Of a stretch of 64,000 nucleotides of DNA, positions 54,713 to 64,000 are shown piece by piece. The notes beneath the pieces are model-generated. The model ran no database searches and was not told the origin of the DNA. It saw only the letters and a list, made by a program, of their open reading frames with translations. The stretch's first letter is position 1; every line of letters begins with the position of its first letter. The translations under genes and the position numbers were made by a program. Where the stretch lies: contig CBDCTZ010000015.1 of assembly GCA_965222375.1 (NCBI GenBank), positions 1,024,001-1,088,000 of the forward strand. The letters are read 5' to 3'. This DNA comes from Polyangiaceae bacterium (lineage in GTDB: Bacteria; Myxococcota_A; Polyangia; Polyangiales; Polyangiaceae).

Positions 54713-54860
54713 GCTCGCCAAGCACTCCACGCGGATGACACTGCGCGCCAAAAACGCCCCTGGGCGTTCCGAGATCGAGCGGCCGATTCCGAAGCTCAAG
54801 CAGGGTCCAGAAAGCCTTTGCGCTACGCGCAGGCGTGACCCACACTCCGTTGCTGCTCTC

Positions 54861-55025
54861 ATGGAACTCTACAAGGACGTGACGATTGGCAAACCCAGTG
54901 CGATCGCCAACGACACTGACACCGCGGTTCCTTTCGTTGGCGTCTTGGCTGAGGGCGCGATCTACGACAAGATCTTGCCTCCGGCGCGTATCCTGGCGCA
55001 CTACCAAGCGGGGATAGGACAATGA
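54861..55025 (+). pseudogene. Remnant of a LamG/concanavalin-like domain C-terminus
   Basis: FVGVLAEGAIYDKIL...RILAHYQAG resembles the LamG end motif F.G.LDEVAIY...L....I..HY; ATGA-coupled to ggt. Confidence 0.45.
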
Positions 55026-56860
55026 GGCTCACCAAGGGCACCTTGGGCGCGAGCGTCGTGCTATGCATCGCGGCGTTCGTCGCGTTGTCCAGTCAGAGCT
55101 GCGGCAGCGATGACAGCTCGGCGGGCACCGGCGGCACCTCGAGCACCGGTGGGGCTGCCGGCGCAGCGGGCGCAGCGGCCCAAAGTGGCTCTGCGGGCAC
55201 GCTCAACTGGACCGAAGAAGTCGGTCGGCAGGCCAACGGCGCCAACGCCATGGTTGTCAGCTCGAACCCCGCCGCAGCACGCGTCGGCGCCGACATATTG
55301 AAGCAAGGCGGCAACGCCGTGGACGCGGCGATTGCCGTGCAGTTCGCCCTGAACGTCGTCGAGCCGATGATGAGCGGCATCGGCGGCGGTTGTTTCGTCG
55401 TAGTCTACGACGCCAAGAAGGACGAAGTGCGCGTGGTCAACGCTCGCGAACGTGCGCCGGCAGGGGCAACGCCGGGCATGTTCCTCGGCACGGGCGGCAC
55501 TCCGGTTCCGTTTTCGCAGCGAGTCACGAACGGCAAGTCGATCGGCGTGCCCGGCACCGCAAAGGCGATGGAGATCGCGCATCAAACCTGGGGCACGCGC
55601 CCCTGGGCGGACCTCGTCGCGCCGGCGATTGCTTTGGCCAAGAACGGCAGCGTCGTGGGTGGCCGTCTGGCGCAGTCCATCTCCGGCAGTTTCTCCAAGC
55701 TGGACCAAACTGCCCGCGCCGTCTTCGCGCCAACGGGCACTCCCGTGAGCGCAGCAGACGTGCTGAAACAACCCGACCTGGCGAAGACACTGCAGCTGAT
55801 TGCTGACGGCGGTGCTGACGCTTTCTATTCAGGTCTCGTCGCCGAGGCTCTAGCCAGTGCTGTGCAAGCGAGCGGTGGCAGCATGACGGTGGCGGATATC
55901 GCCGAGTACGCAAAGAGTGGCGCGGAAGTCGTGGCTCCGATCGAAGCGACGGTTAGTGGCGGACTGACCCTGCGTTCGGTGCCGCCGCCAAGCTCCGGCG
56001 GGATCCTCGTGGCCCAAATCCTGGGCATGTTGGACACCCTCAATGTGGGCCACCACGCCAAAGACTCCGTCGAGAAACATCACCTACAGATCGAAGCCAG
56101 TCGCCTAGCCTATGCAGATCGCTTTGCATACATCGGCGACCCACGCTTCGTGACGGTGCCTCCGGGGCTGCTGAGCCCCGCGTACATCACCGCCCGCGCC
56201 GGCTTGATCAACCTCAGTGCCGCCAACCCGAACCCCACCGCAGGCAGCCCGAGTGACTCGAGCAAAGCTGCGCCAAGTTACGTGAGCGACTCGCCGGCCT
56301 TCGGCCACACCACGCACTTCACCGTCGCCGATCGCTGGGGCAACGTCGTTGCTCTCACGTCGACCATCGAACAAGTCTTTGGTAGCGGACACATGGTGCC
56401 GGGCTACGGCTTCATGTTGAACAATGAGCTCACCGACTTCAGCGCCGTGCCCGGTGGCCCCAATCAGGTCGAGGCTGGCAAGCAACCCGTCAGCAGCATG
56501 TCCCCGATGATCGTGTTCAAGGACGGAAAGCCGGCCTTCACCTTGGGTGCTGCAGGTGGGCTCACCATCATCACGTCGGTGTTCCAAACCTTCCAAAACT
56601 TGGCCACGTTCAAGTTGGGCGTGGCCGAGGCAGTGGAAGAACCTCGCACCTTCGGAGCGCTCTACCCAGACGTGTCGTGGGAAAGCGGGATGCCGCAGAC
56701 TACACGCAGCGGCCTCTCCGCCCTGGGTCACAGCGTGGACAACGGCCCGAGTGTACTGTCGAACCTTCAAGCCATGACCGTCGACGCCACGGGGTACCAC
56801 GGCGCAGCCGATTCCAGCGCGCCCGACGGCGTTGCCATCGGGCTCAGCATTGCTCCCTGA
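55022..56860 (+). CDS. ggt: Gamma-glutamyltransferase (lipoprotein paralog)
   Basis: GGNAVDAA, SGIGGG, PPPSSGG, HTTHF, LNNELTDF, PVSSM, GAAGG. Confidence 0.93.
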   Translation: MRLTKGTLGASVVLCIAAFVALSSQSCGSDDSSAGTGGTSSTGGAAGAAGAAAQSGSAGTLNWTEEVGRQANGANAMVVSSNPAAARVGADILKQGGNAVDAAIAVQFALNVVEPMMSGIGGGCFVVVYDAKKDEVRVVNARERAPAGATPGMFLGTGGTPVPFSQRVTNGKSIGVPGTAKAMEIAHQTWGTRPWADLVAPAIALAKNGSVVGGRLAQSISGSFSKLDQTARAVFAPTGTPVSAADVLKQPDLAKTLQLIADGGADAFYSGLVAEALASAVQASGGSMTVADIAEYAKSGAEVVAPIEATVSGGLTLRSVPPPSSGGILVAQILGMLDTLNVGHHAKDSVEKHHLQIEASRLAYADRFAYIGDPRFVTVPPGLLSPAYITARAGLINLSAANPNPTAGSPSDSSKAAPSYVSDSPAFGHTTHFTVADRWGNVVALTSTIEQVFGSGHMVPGYGFMLNNELTDFSAVPGGPNQVEAGKQPVSSMSPMIVFKDGKPAFTLGAAGGLTIITSVFQTFQNLATFKLGVAEAVEEPRTFGALYPDVSWESGMPQTTRSGLSALGHSVDNGPSVLSNLQAMTVDATGYHGAADSSAPDGVAIGLSIAP

Positions 56861-56950
56861 AGCAAACGGGAGCGCGGGACGTAGCTCCTCTTCGCTCGTG
56901 CCCACGTTCAAACACCCCGCGCCAGCGCGAAGGCCTCAGGGACGCATAGA

Positions 56951-57538
56951 CTATCGCAAAGCATCCGAGGGGAGAGCCGCGCACACGTCATGAATCAGGG
57001 CCCCGTCCAGCTGAACGCTGGGATCGTCGACGCGAATCTCAATGCGACGGTTGAGGCGATGCATGTCGCATTGCTGACAAACGATAGGCCGAGTCGAACC
57101 GAAACCCACTGCGCGCAAGCGTTGGCAGCTCGCGCCCTGTTGCACCAGTGCGCGGCCAACCGCGTGAGCGCGTGCAGCAGTGAGCTTCAGGTTGAACTCG
57201 CTAGAACCCAAGTTGTCACTGTGCACGGCAATCCTCATCATCACGTCCGGGCGTGACGCCATGAAGGTGGCCACCCGTTCCAGGCCCCGCTTGTCAATGC
57301 TGCGCAGCTTTGCCGAGGCAGTTTCAAAAGACACGTGCGCGTTGGGAGGATGGTAGGTCCAATCCAGTTCCAGGGCTGCAGCCCCGCCCCCGTCCGCGTC
57401 GTCGGAGTCAGGGAGCGCCGCCAGCGGCGGCGCCGATGGTTTCGGAGCCGGGACTACCCGGCTCCGAGGCGGCGAAGAAGACGTTACGGTCGCACAGGCC
57501 GCCAACAGCACACAACCGACGAACACAAGGCGCAACAT
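56951..57538 (-). CDS. OmpA-C (peptidoglycan-binding) lipoprotein
   Basis: Lipobox LAAC; FET.SA, HSD..GS.EFN.KL..ARA, GFGSTRP, NRRIE. Confidence 0.88.
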   Translation of the reverse strand: MLRLVFVGCVLLAACATVTSSSPPRSRVVPAPKPSAPPLAALPDSDDADGGGAAALELDWTYHPPNAHVSFETASAKLRSIDKRGLERVATFMASRPDVMMRIAVHSDNLGSSEFNLKLTAARAHAVGRALVQQGASCQRLRAVGFGSTRPIVCQQCDMHRLNRRIEIRVDDPSVQLDGALIHDVCAALPSDALR

Positions 57539-58023
57539 GAAGGGCCTCGAGTCATGTAGCTTGCCTCGGATGATGTCGCTAGTCCGCGCATTTTTTGATG
57601 GATAAGTGGGTTTGGGCGCGCACCTTCGTCGCCGTCCCATCGCGCCCTGGCTGACGAAATTCGCGAAGCGCTCCGTAGTGTATCCAGGTGCGTACTCGTT
57701 CTCGAGCTACACCGCCAAGAGCGTCGTGCCAGCCCTCGTCGGCGAGTACCCGAGTGCTCTCAAGTTGTGCTTGGCTGCGAACTGGTATCGCTCGGCACTA
57801 GGCGGCGAAGGGCGCGAGCAGCCCGAACAAGCCCTAGCCAGACTTCGCGGAATTCTGCGCCGTGCTCAGGCCTAGCCGCGGCATCCACGGCGGCACCGCC
57901 TCGGGCCCGCCCGGACAGCCTGGGTCCTTCGACGAAGGACTCATCGAGGAGTCAGCACCGCAACACGAGTGCATGCCGACACACACCTCCATGACGTGCG
58001 CATGGGAGTTGCCGTCCGGCGAT

Positions 58024-58503
58024 TCACGAATTCTTGGACGCGTGCTCGCCAAGCGCCTGAAGAAATGGCTCGGCTCCGGCAGCCGGGGTGAAGAACAACG
58101 CGCCTTTGGGCTTGAACTTGCGAATGGTGATGACGACGGTATCCGAGCTTTCGCCGTCAGCGGCGAACTTGCTGACGCTGTCCCAGGGGATGGTCAAGCT
58201 GACCGTTTTGCCGAGCTTGCGCTTCTGCCCAATGCGTGCGCCCGTCCCTAGGAGCAGCGCAATGCCGACGCCGAGGATGGTGTAGAAGGCCCAGCTGGGG
58301 GGCTCGAATTCGATCTTGATCGCGTAGACAGCGATCACGAAGCCGCCGAAGAGCAACCAATAGATCGCGCTCTGCGACTTCGACTCATGCCCCGACACTT
58401 CCAGCCCATCTTCCGACACAATGCAGGACCCAGCCCCCGCGATCTCGATGGGCGCCACGGTCTTGCCCAGTGCAGGTGGCTCGAACTTGCCTGCGAAGTG
58501 CAT
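58024..58503 (-). CDS. Hypothetical membrane protein
   Basis: Two TM helices; coding-like composition. Confidence 0.65.
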   Translation of the reverse strand: MHFAGKFEPPALGKTVAPIEIAGAGSCIVSEDGLEVSGHESKSQSAIYWLLFGGFVIAVYAIKIEFEPPSWAFYTILGVGIALLLGTGARIGQKRKLGKTVSLTIPWDSVSKFAADGESSDTVVITIRKFKPKGALFFTPAAGAEPFLQALGEHASKNS

Positions 58504-58893
58504 CGCCGCGAACCATAGCGCATCTAGCAGCCAGCGAGACCACACGCGGCAAACCGTACTCACGGTTCGGCACCTCCACCGGCTCCCTTCACCCCAAAGC
58601 CGCCGGGAGCAGTTTGGGCGGATGGATTTCCTTTGACGCAGAATACCTCGGTGGCCTCTAAAGGCCCTGTCACCGCTCCATTCCCATACCCAACTCACTA
58701 GAGGGGCTTTGAATTCACCACGTCGAACACAACATGATTCAGGGCTTGAGCGTCGCCCGAACTCCGAGTAGACCGCCTGGCGGACCAAAGGCGACTCGAC
58801 TCGGCTGCACGGCCGCCGGTCTCGAAAGCGAGCACCCGGATGGGAGTAGTGCACCGGAGCGGATAGCGCTCGACCCCAAATCAAACTTCTGAA

Positions 58894-60030
58894 TCAGCGA
58901 GGCAGCTTAGAGGGGCAGCCGTAGAGGATTTGGAGCACGGCGGTGTCTTGGTCGCGTGCGTTGGTGCAGGTCTGGGGGCAGAGAATGACCTTTGTGGGTG
59001 CGACACTGTCGGGAACGGTTGCGTAGTACCAGGCCCCGGCAATGCATTGCTCTGGCCCATCCACCTTGTACAGGGTCGAGGTGTGTCCAGCGGCATCGGT
59101 GAAGTTGACGTTCACCTTGTGGGGGTCGATGGCACCGCTCTGCGGATCGGGAATCGCGAACTCGCAGCCGAGCTGCTGGTGAGTGATGGTCTTGAGGGTG
59201 TTCAGCAGGTCCTGGGCGAGGTTGGAGCTCTTGCCAAAGAAGTAGGCTGAGCCCTGCCCAGCAGATGCGATCGCCTTCAGCTCTGCCTCCTGAGATCCTT
59301 CGATCCCGATGGTAAAGGTCCGAATTGGATTGGGCTCGGTGGTCTGCTCCGCGGCCAGGTTGGCGATGTGTGCGATGCTATTGTCCGGGCAGGTTGTAGG
59401 TGACCCATCCGTAACCAGGATGACGATGCCCTTCTCCTTGGGGTGACTCTGGAGACGAGTTCTGGTGTGCTGATAGGCCCCCGCAAGAGCACCCGCCATC
59501 GGCGTAGGTCCCGATGGGTCGAGGGTCGAGAACCATTGCACCAAGGCTTGCTCCTGGACATCTCCCGGCGCCGGGTCGGCACTGAGCGGGGCGAAGTCGA
59601 TGGGCGGCAGCGCATACTGTCCCGGCTCGCAAGAGCTGGCGGCAGCGCCTTGGGGAAAGTGGCTGGCGGCAACCCGCAGCCCAGCGGTGTCGGGGTCCGC
59701 GATGAAAGCCGAAACCCCTGCCTTGACGCGCTTCCACTTCGCCGGACCGTTGGGCAGCCCGGGCAAGGGGCCCGGCGGGCTGTCGCTCATCGAGCCGGAT
59801 GTGTCGATCAACAAGTAGAGGTTGAGAGGCACAGGGCCGGCCGTTCGCGTTTCTATCGCACAGGCGGAGTCCGGCGAGAGATCGGGTGGCCCCTTAGCGG
59901 GCTGATCGATGACGCCGGGCGCACCGCCCGCAGGGTTTGCCTCGGAGTTGAACTCGCCACCCGTGGTCGGCGAGTTCGCGCTGCAGGCGACTAGCAGAAG
60001 GACCCCAGCGCCAGCCAGCGAGCGCCGCAT
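58894..60030 (-). CDS. von Willebrand factor A domain lipoprotein
   Basis: Lipobox LVAC; IDTSGSM MIDAS, TPM, LVTDG. Confidence 0.88.
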   Translation of the reverse strand: MRRSLAGAGVLLLVACSANSPTTGGEFNSEANPAGGAPGVIDQPAKGPPDLSPDSACAIETRTAGPVPLNLYLLIDTSGSMSDSPPGPLPGLPNGPAKWKRVKAGVSAFIADPDTAGLRVAASHFPQGAAASSCEPGQYALPPIDFAPLSADPAPGDVQEQALVQWFSTLDPSGPTPMAGALAGAYQHTRTRLQSHPKEKGIVILVTDGSPTTCPDNSIAHIANLAAEQTTEPNPIRTFTIGIEGSQEAELKAIASAGQGSAYFFGKSSNLAQDLLNTLKTITHQQLGCEFAIPDPQSGAIDPHKVNVNFTDAAGHTSTLYKVDGPEQCIAGAWYYATVPDSVAPTKVILCPQTCTNARDQDTAVLQILYGCPSKLPR

Positions 60031-60266
60031 ACATACATGAACCGACATGCACGGGCAGTACCAAGGGATCGGTCAAGGCGCCGATTAACTCAGGATTAGT
60101 TGTGGCGCCCTGTGACGGCGCCCGGTGCGCCCAAAAAGGGCGCACCCACCCGCTCGATTCGCGCGACCTCGCTCACCTCGAGATGCTGATGCGATGCCTG
60201 CAAAGTACCGGTAGCGCCATGCCCACACCACTTGGCAAATGGTACGCTTGCTGCAGAGTTTTGGAT

Positions 60267-61430
60267 ATGCTGCACACTCGACCTTGGCGGCGTACCGGCC
60301 GCGCGAATTTCAGACTGTCTCGATGCAGCGGGATCGCTTTGTTCCTATTTGTCGTGGCCTGCAGCTTTCGCGTCATCGACGACGGCCCCACCGCATCCAA
60401 CGAGGTCGATGGCGGCGGCGCGGCGGCAGGAACGGGAGCTGTTGGAGGGACGGGAGCTGTTGGAGGGACGGGAGCTGTTGGAGGGGCGGGAGCTGTTGGA
60501 GGGACGGGAGCTGTTGGAGGGACGGGAGCTGTTGGAGGGACGGGAGGAACCGCGGGCGCGTCGAGCGGGGGAAACGGTGCAGCTGGGGGCAATCCGTCGT
60601 GCAGCTCCTGCGCCACGGGTGATTGCCGATGCGTTCCGGCGCCGGAAGCTGGCTGGCGGGCTGCCGTCTTCGCCGAAAGCACTGATGGACCGGTGGCGTG
60701 TCCCGCTGGCTATAGTCAGCAGATCGTCGTGGGTAAGGGCGTCGAGGACACCGGTTGCGGCTCGTGTCAGTGTAGCCAGCCCTCCACGACTCCGTGTCGT
60801 TGGCATTGGTCGAGCACGTCATCATGTGAGCTCAAACACCCTTGGGGCGCCTTGGGCAACAGCCTCACTGCTGGCGTCTGCCATGACACCAAGGTTTCTC
60901 AGACAGTCTTCACTCGCGTCTCAGTCGAGGGGATCCCGCTTACCGAGCCCAAGTGTGGCACGGGCAGCGCGGTCCCCAATGCGCCGAAGTATCAGACTAC
61001 CGCGACCCTGTGTATCGATACCTCAGCGGCCGCGTGCGGAAACGGGGTATGTGCAGCCGCGCCCCCGAGCAATTTCAACCAGGCTGCTTGCGTGGTCGCC
61101 AACCAGGAGGGCCCAGCACAATGTCCGGCGGGGTACCCGGTACAACGCGTTTTCGCAACAGGCTTCACAGACCAACGCACCTGCTCCGGATGCAGCTGCA
61201 CCTTGAACACTGCGTGCACCGGAGGCGGCATTCAGTACTGCGCAGGGACGGGATGCACGGGATGCAGCAGCAGCGTGCCCTGGGATAAGTGCACTCAAAC
61301 CTCGCCGGTCTCAATCAAGATCGTGTCCGTGGGCTCGCCGCCGACAGAAGTCTGCGCACCGTCGGGAAGCCCGAGCGTGTCGGGTTCGTTGAACCCATCT
61401 GGCACTCGAGTCGTTTGCTGCGATGGGTAG
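60267..61430 (+). CDS. Cys-rich lipoprotein with GGTGAV repeats
   Basis: Lipobox VVAC; Gly-rich linker; many Cys; ends VCC; start uncertain. Confidence 0.75.
   Translation: MLHTRPWRRTGRANFRLSRCSGIALFLFVVACSFRVIDDGPTASNEVDGGGAAAGTGAVGGTGAVGGTGAVGGAGAVGGTGAVGGTGAVGGTGGTAGASSGGNGAAGGNPSCSSCATGDCRCVPAPEAGWRAAVFAESTDGPVACPAGYSQQIVVGKGVEDTGCGSCQCSQPSTTPCRWHWSSTSSCELKHPWGALGNSLTAGVCHDTKVSQTVFTRVSVEGIPLTEPKCGTGSAVPNAPKYQTTATLCIDTSAAACGNGVCAAAPPSNFNQAACVVANQEGPAQCPAGYPVQRVFATGFTDQRTCSGCSCTLNTACTGGGIQYCAGTGCTGCSSSVPWDKCTQTSPVSIKIVSVGSPPTEVCAPSGSPSVSGSLNPSGTRVVCCDG
60432..60539 (+). repeat. 18-bp coding tandem repeat x6
   Basis: ACGGGAGCTGTTGGAGGG units encoding TGAVGG. Confidence 0.92.
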
Positions 61431-61578
61431 AATGAGAAGACTGCTGGGAAACGGCACCTTGCATCGTGGCGGAGCAGGTCGGGTCCCTGAGCTGCCCAAC
61501 CGGATATCCGCAGAGGCATGTCTGGCTTCCTCAACGAGAGGACGGTGCGGACCATCTGTTGCGCGGGCCAGCTCCGAG

Positions 61579-64000
61579 TCATGACGACTCGCGCCGCAGT
61601 TCGCATGCTGGATCGAGAAGGTAGCCCTCGCGGGTCGTGATCAGGACCTGCACCAGCCCACGGCGCCGCAATTGGTTGATGGCCACACGCAGACGGTTCT
61701 TCGCGGCATCCCAGCCCATTCGCTCGCCGGGCCACCCCTGCGCCACGAGCTCTCGTGCCCGAACGGACTCGCCGGGTGCCTGAACCCTAGCGTCGACAAG
61801 CGCGCGCAATAGGCGCTGCAAGAGTGGTCGCTTGCGCAAGTCCACCTCGGTGTCACTCCCAATGCGAACTGTATCCCAGTCCTTCGAGATCCAGATTGGC
61901 TCCGTCGAACCTGCTTGCAGCGCCTCCCGCCGCAGCGACCGCTTGAGAAGACGCAGCGCGAAGCGCTCCAAGTCCGTTGGGACCTGATCTGGCTTGCCTT
62001 GCAGACGGTCCACGCGTTCCTCGTGGGTGCGAATCGTACGCTCCGCCTCGCGGATGCGCTTCGCTGTGTCCTTGGAGTCGTCGTGGAGCGGCAGATGGCA
62101 GGCGAGCAGTGCAAGCGCGTGTCGATAGGAGTCCATCGCGTCCTCGGGTAGCCACCGCTCGGCTTCGGCCAATTCCTGGACTGCTATTTGGCGGTGGCCG
62201 AATAGGGCCTCGGCGCTGGCCAGCGCAGCATGTGTCAGTGCGGTCAGCTCGGGACCGAGTACAGGTTTGGCAGCCAGGGCGAGGCGATAGTTTCGGGCGG
62301 CCTCGACTGGATCGTTCCTCTCCAGCATCAAGTGGCCCCGATAGACGAAAACACTGCTCTCCATGACGGCGTCGGCGCAATTGCGAGCCTCGGCGAGCGC
62401 TTGCTGCAGGGTCTGCTCGGCGATCTCGAGCTGTCCCTGTTCGATTTGAACCAGCCCGAGTTGCGTCAGTGCCCACCCCATGATGCGCCGGTCCGAGGCA
62501 CGCTGCGCTGCGGCCAGCGTGCGCTCGAAGTAGGCAACTGCATCTCTGAGTGCACCCGCCTCGGCAGCACGCGACCCGAGATGTACCAGCACCGCCGAGG
62601 CACTTCGTTCGTTCTTGCTGTCGCTCAGAAACGCAAGTGCGCGTTGCAGATCGGCTCGGGACTCTTCCCTGCGGAAGCGAACTCCAAGGTAGGTGCCACG
62701 GTCCTTGTAGAGCTCGGCACTGACCCAGTCGTTCGCCAACCGCTGACAAGACTCCTCGGCCTCGGCGAATAGCTGTTCGGCTCGATCGTGGCGACCGTCG
62801 AATCCCAGCGCGCCCGCCATTTTGATCGTCGCCAGACAGTGAAACGCAGAGCCTTCGTCAATTAGTTTCCGAACCGTGGTGAAGTCCGAGCACGCGTCCT
62901 CGTACCGGCCGCCCAGAAAGCGGACGTAGCCCCGACTCTGCAGCAGGGCACAGCGAAGTTTGGCGGGGATGCCGGAGAGCTCGAGTAACGACGACAGGAG
63001 CTTTTCATAGGCGCGCAGTGGGCCTTGCCTCAAGTACACGGGTTCCAACGCCACCGCAGCGAGTGCCGCCAGCTCCCCCCACCTCGAATCACCTGCCAAG
63101 GCGAACTCGCGCCCGCGCTCGACAACCGCGGCGAGATTGCTACTTTCGCCTGCAATGGCTGGCTCCTCGGCTCGGAGCAACGCGGAAGCCGTTTCCGCCT
63201 TGCCTCCAAGGCGCTGCACGAAGTGCTCCGCGTGAGCGAGCAGCAACGCGGGCTCGTGCTCCCGCAACGCGAACTCACGCACGATGCGATACATGGCGTA
63301 GCGCGTCTCTCGAGTCGAACTACCCCCCGCGATTCGAAGCAGCGACTTTTCAACGAGACTTGGGATGGGCGGTTCTGACGTCGGGTCCTTCGCGGTGCGG
63401 CGCCAAAGTGCGATCAGAGCAGTAGAGCCGATCTCACCAGCGAAAACTGCGCACACTTGAAGCAAAGAGCATTCGCTTGAGGTTAGGCGGGACCAAGACA
63501 GACCTACTGCGTGGCCGAGGCTGCCGTGTCGAGATGCGCCGTCGCGGGGACCACGGGTATCGAAGTTCAAGGGGCGCTCGAGTGCGGCTGCGAGATCGTG
63601 GAGGCTCTCCGCGGATAGCCGCGTAGTGACAAGTTCGATCGCAAGGGGCAGGCCGTCGACGGCTTCCGCGATGCGGGTCGCAATCAGCGAGGCACTGCCA
63701 TCCAGAGGCAACCCACCGAGCTGTCGTGCACGCCGCAGCACGAGCTCCGTCGCAGGGCCGTCGGGCCCCCAAGGCAATGGGGACAACAGGAACGCATGCT
63801 CCGCGGAGTGATGCAGTCGCTCGCGAGAGACGACCAGCACCGTGAGCTTGGGAGCGTCGCGCAAGAATGTGGTGATCCCTGGAACCAATTCGGCGGTGAG
63901 GTGTTCGACAGAATCCAGCACCAACACGCGGACGTCTCGATGATGCAGCTGAGCAGCGACGTCATCATCAGTCGTTACCCGCGAAGACCCGCAGAGAGCA
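61579..64000 (-). CDS. STAND-type ATPase-TPR-winged-helix regulator (5' end outside window)
   Basis: LVLDSVEHL Walker B, SRERL, DGLPLAIEL, TPR repeats, C-terminal W...NRLRVAI..LRR...GYLL. Confidence 0.85.
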   Translation of the reverse strand, partial: ALCGSSRVTTDDDVAAQLHHRDVRVLVLDSVEHLTAELVPGITTFLRDAPKLTVLVVSRERLHHSAEHAFLLSPLPWGPDGPATELVLRRARQLGGLPLDGSASLIATRIAEAVDGLPLAIELVTTRLSAESLHDLAAALERPLNFDTRGPRDGASRHGSLGHAVGLSWSRLTSSECSLLQVCAVFAGEIGSTALIALWRRTAKDPTSEPPIPSLVEKSLLRIAGGSSTRETRYAMYRIVREFALREHEPALLLAHAEHFVQRLGGKAETASALLRAEEPAIAGESSNLAAVVERGREFALAGDSRWGELAALAAVALEPVYLRQGPLRAYEKLLSSLLELSGIPAKLRCALLQSRGYVRFLGGRYEDACSDFTTVRKLIDEGSAFHCLATIKMAGALGFDGRHDRAEQLFAEAEESCQRLANDWVSAELYKDRGTYLGVRFRREESRADLQRALAFLSDSKNERSASAVLVHLGSRAAEAGALRDAVAYFERTLAAAQRASDRRIMGWALTQLGLVQIEQGQLEIAEQTLQQALAEARNCADAVMESSVFVYRGHLMLERNDPVEAARNYRLALAAKPVLGPELTALTHAALASAEALFGHRQIAVQELAEAERWLPEDAMDSYRHALALLACHLPLHDDSKDTAKRIREAERTIRTHEERVDRLQGKPDQVPTDLERFALRLLKRSLRREALQAGSTEPIWISKDWDTVRIGSDTEVDLRKRPLLQRLLRALVDARVQAPGESVRARELVAQGWPGERMGWDAAKNRLRVAINQLRRRGLVQVLITTREGYLLDPACELRRESS

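Noticed and set aside
57606..57875. Small plus-strand ORF
   Set aside because: No clear start or motif; may be a fragment but is unsupported
60432..60539. 18-bp repeat as a regulatory or CRISPR element
   Set aside because: In-frame Gly-rich linker, common in myxobacterial lipoproteins

Overview
GC-rich bacterial DNA with a strong myxobacterial (Myxococcota, probably Polyangiales-like) signature: MYXO-CTERM tails, a TIGR02266 PilZ protein, Glt/AgmX-like proteins and Cys-rich lipoproteins. No rRNA, tRNA or CRISPR array was seen. The window opens with the 3' part of an IS1182-family element, apparently inserted into the first codons of an NtrC-type activator. Three candidate novel systems stand out. 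(1) At 2.9-10.8 kb, a sigma54-driven operon encodes a Cyc2-like cytochrome-porin with a second CxxCH, a CX4CH di-cytochrome/IPT lipoprotein, two cupredoxins and a pseudokinase fused to a beta-propeller and an azurin-like domain. (2) At 20.4-29.0 kb, NuoM/NuoL/NuoH-derived membrane proteins appear to have lost their conserved charged residues and gained extracytoplasmic domains. (3) At 48.8-51.7 kb, a five-gene type III secretion translocon-like cassette (filament/tip, SycD-type chaperone, two translocators) has no injectisome genes nearby. The rest is housekeeping and accessory content: gshB, two ggt, pip, an ECF/anti-sigma pair, a hybrid kinase, MNT-HEPN and Phd-VapC toxin-antitoxin pairs, a frameshifted Uma2 gene and several palindromes and repeats. 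All calls come from motif recognition by eye; no database searches were run.
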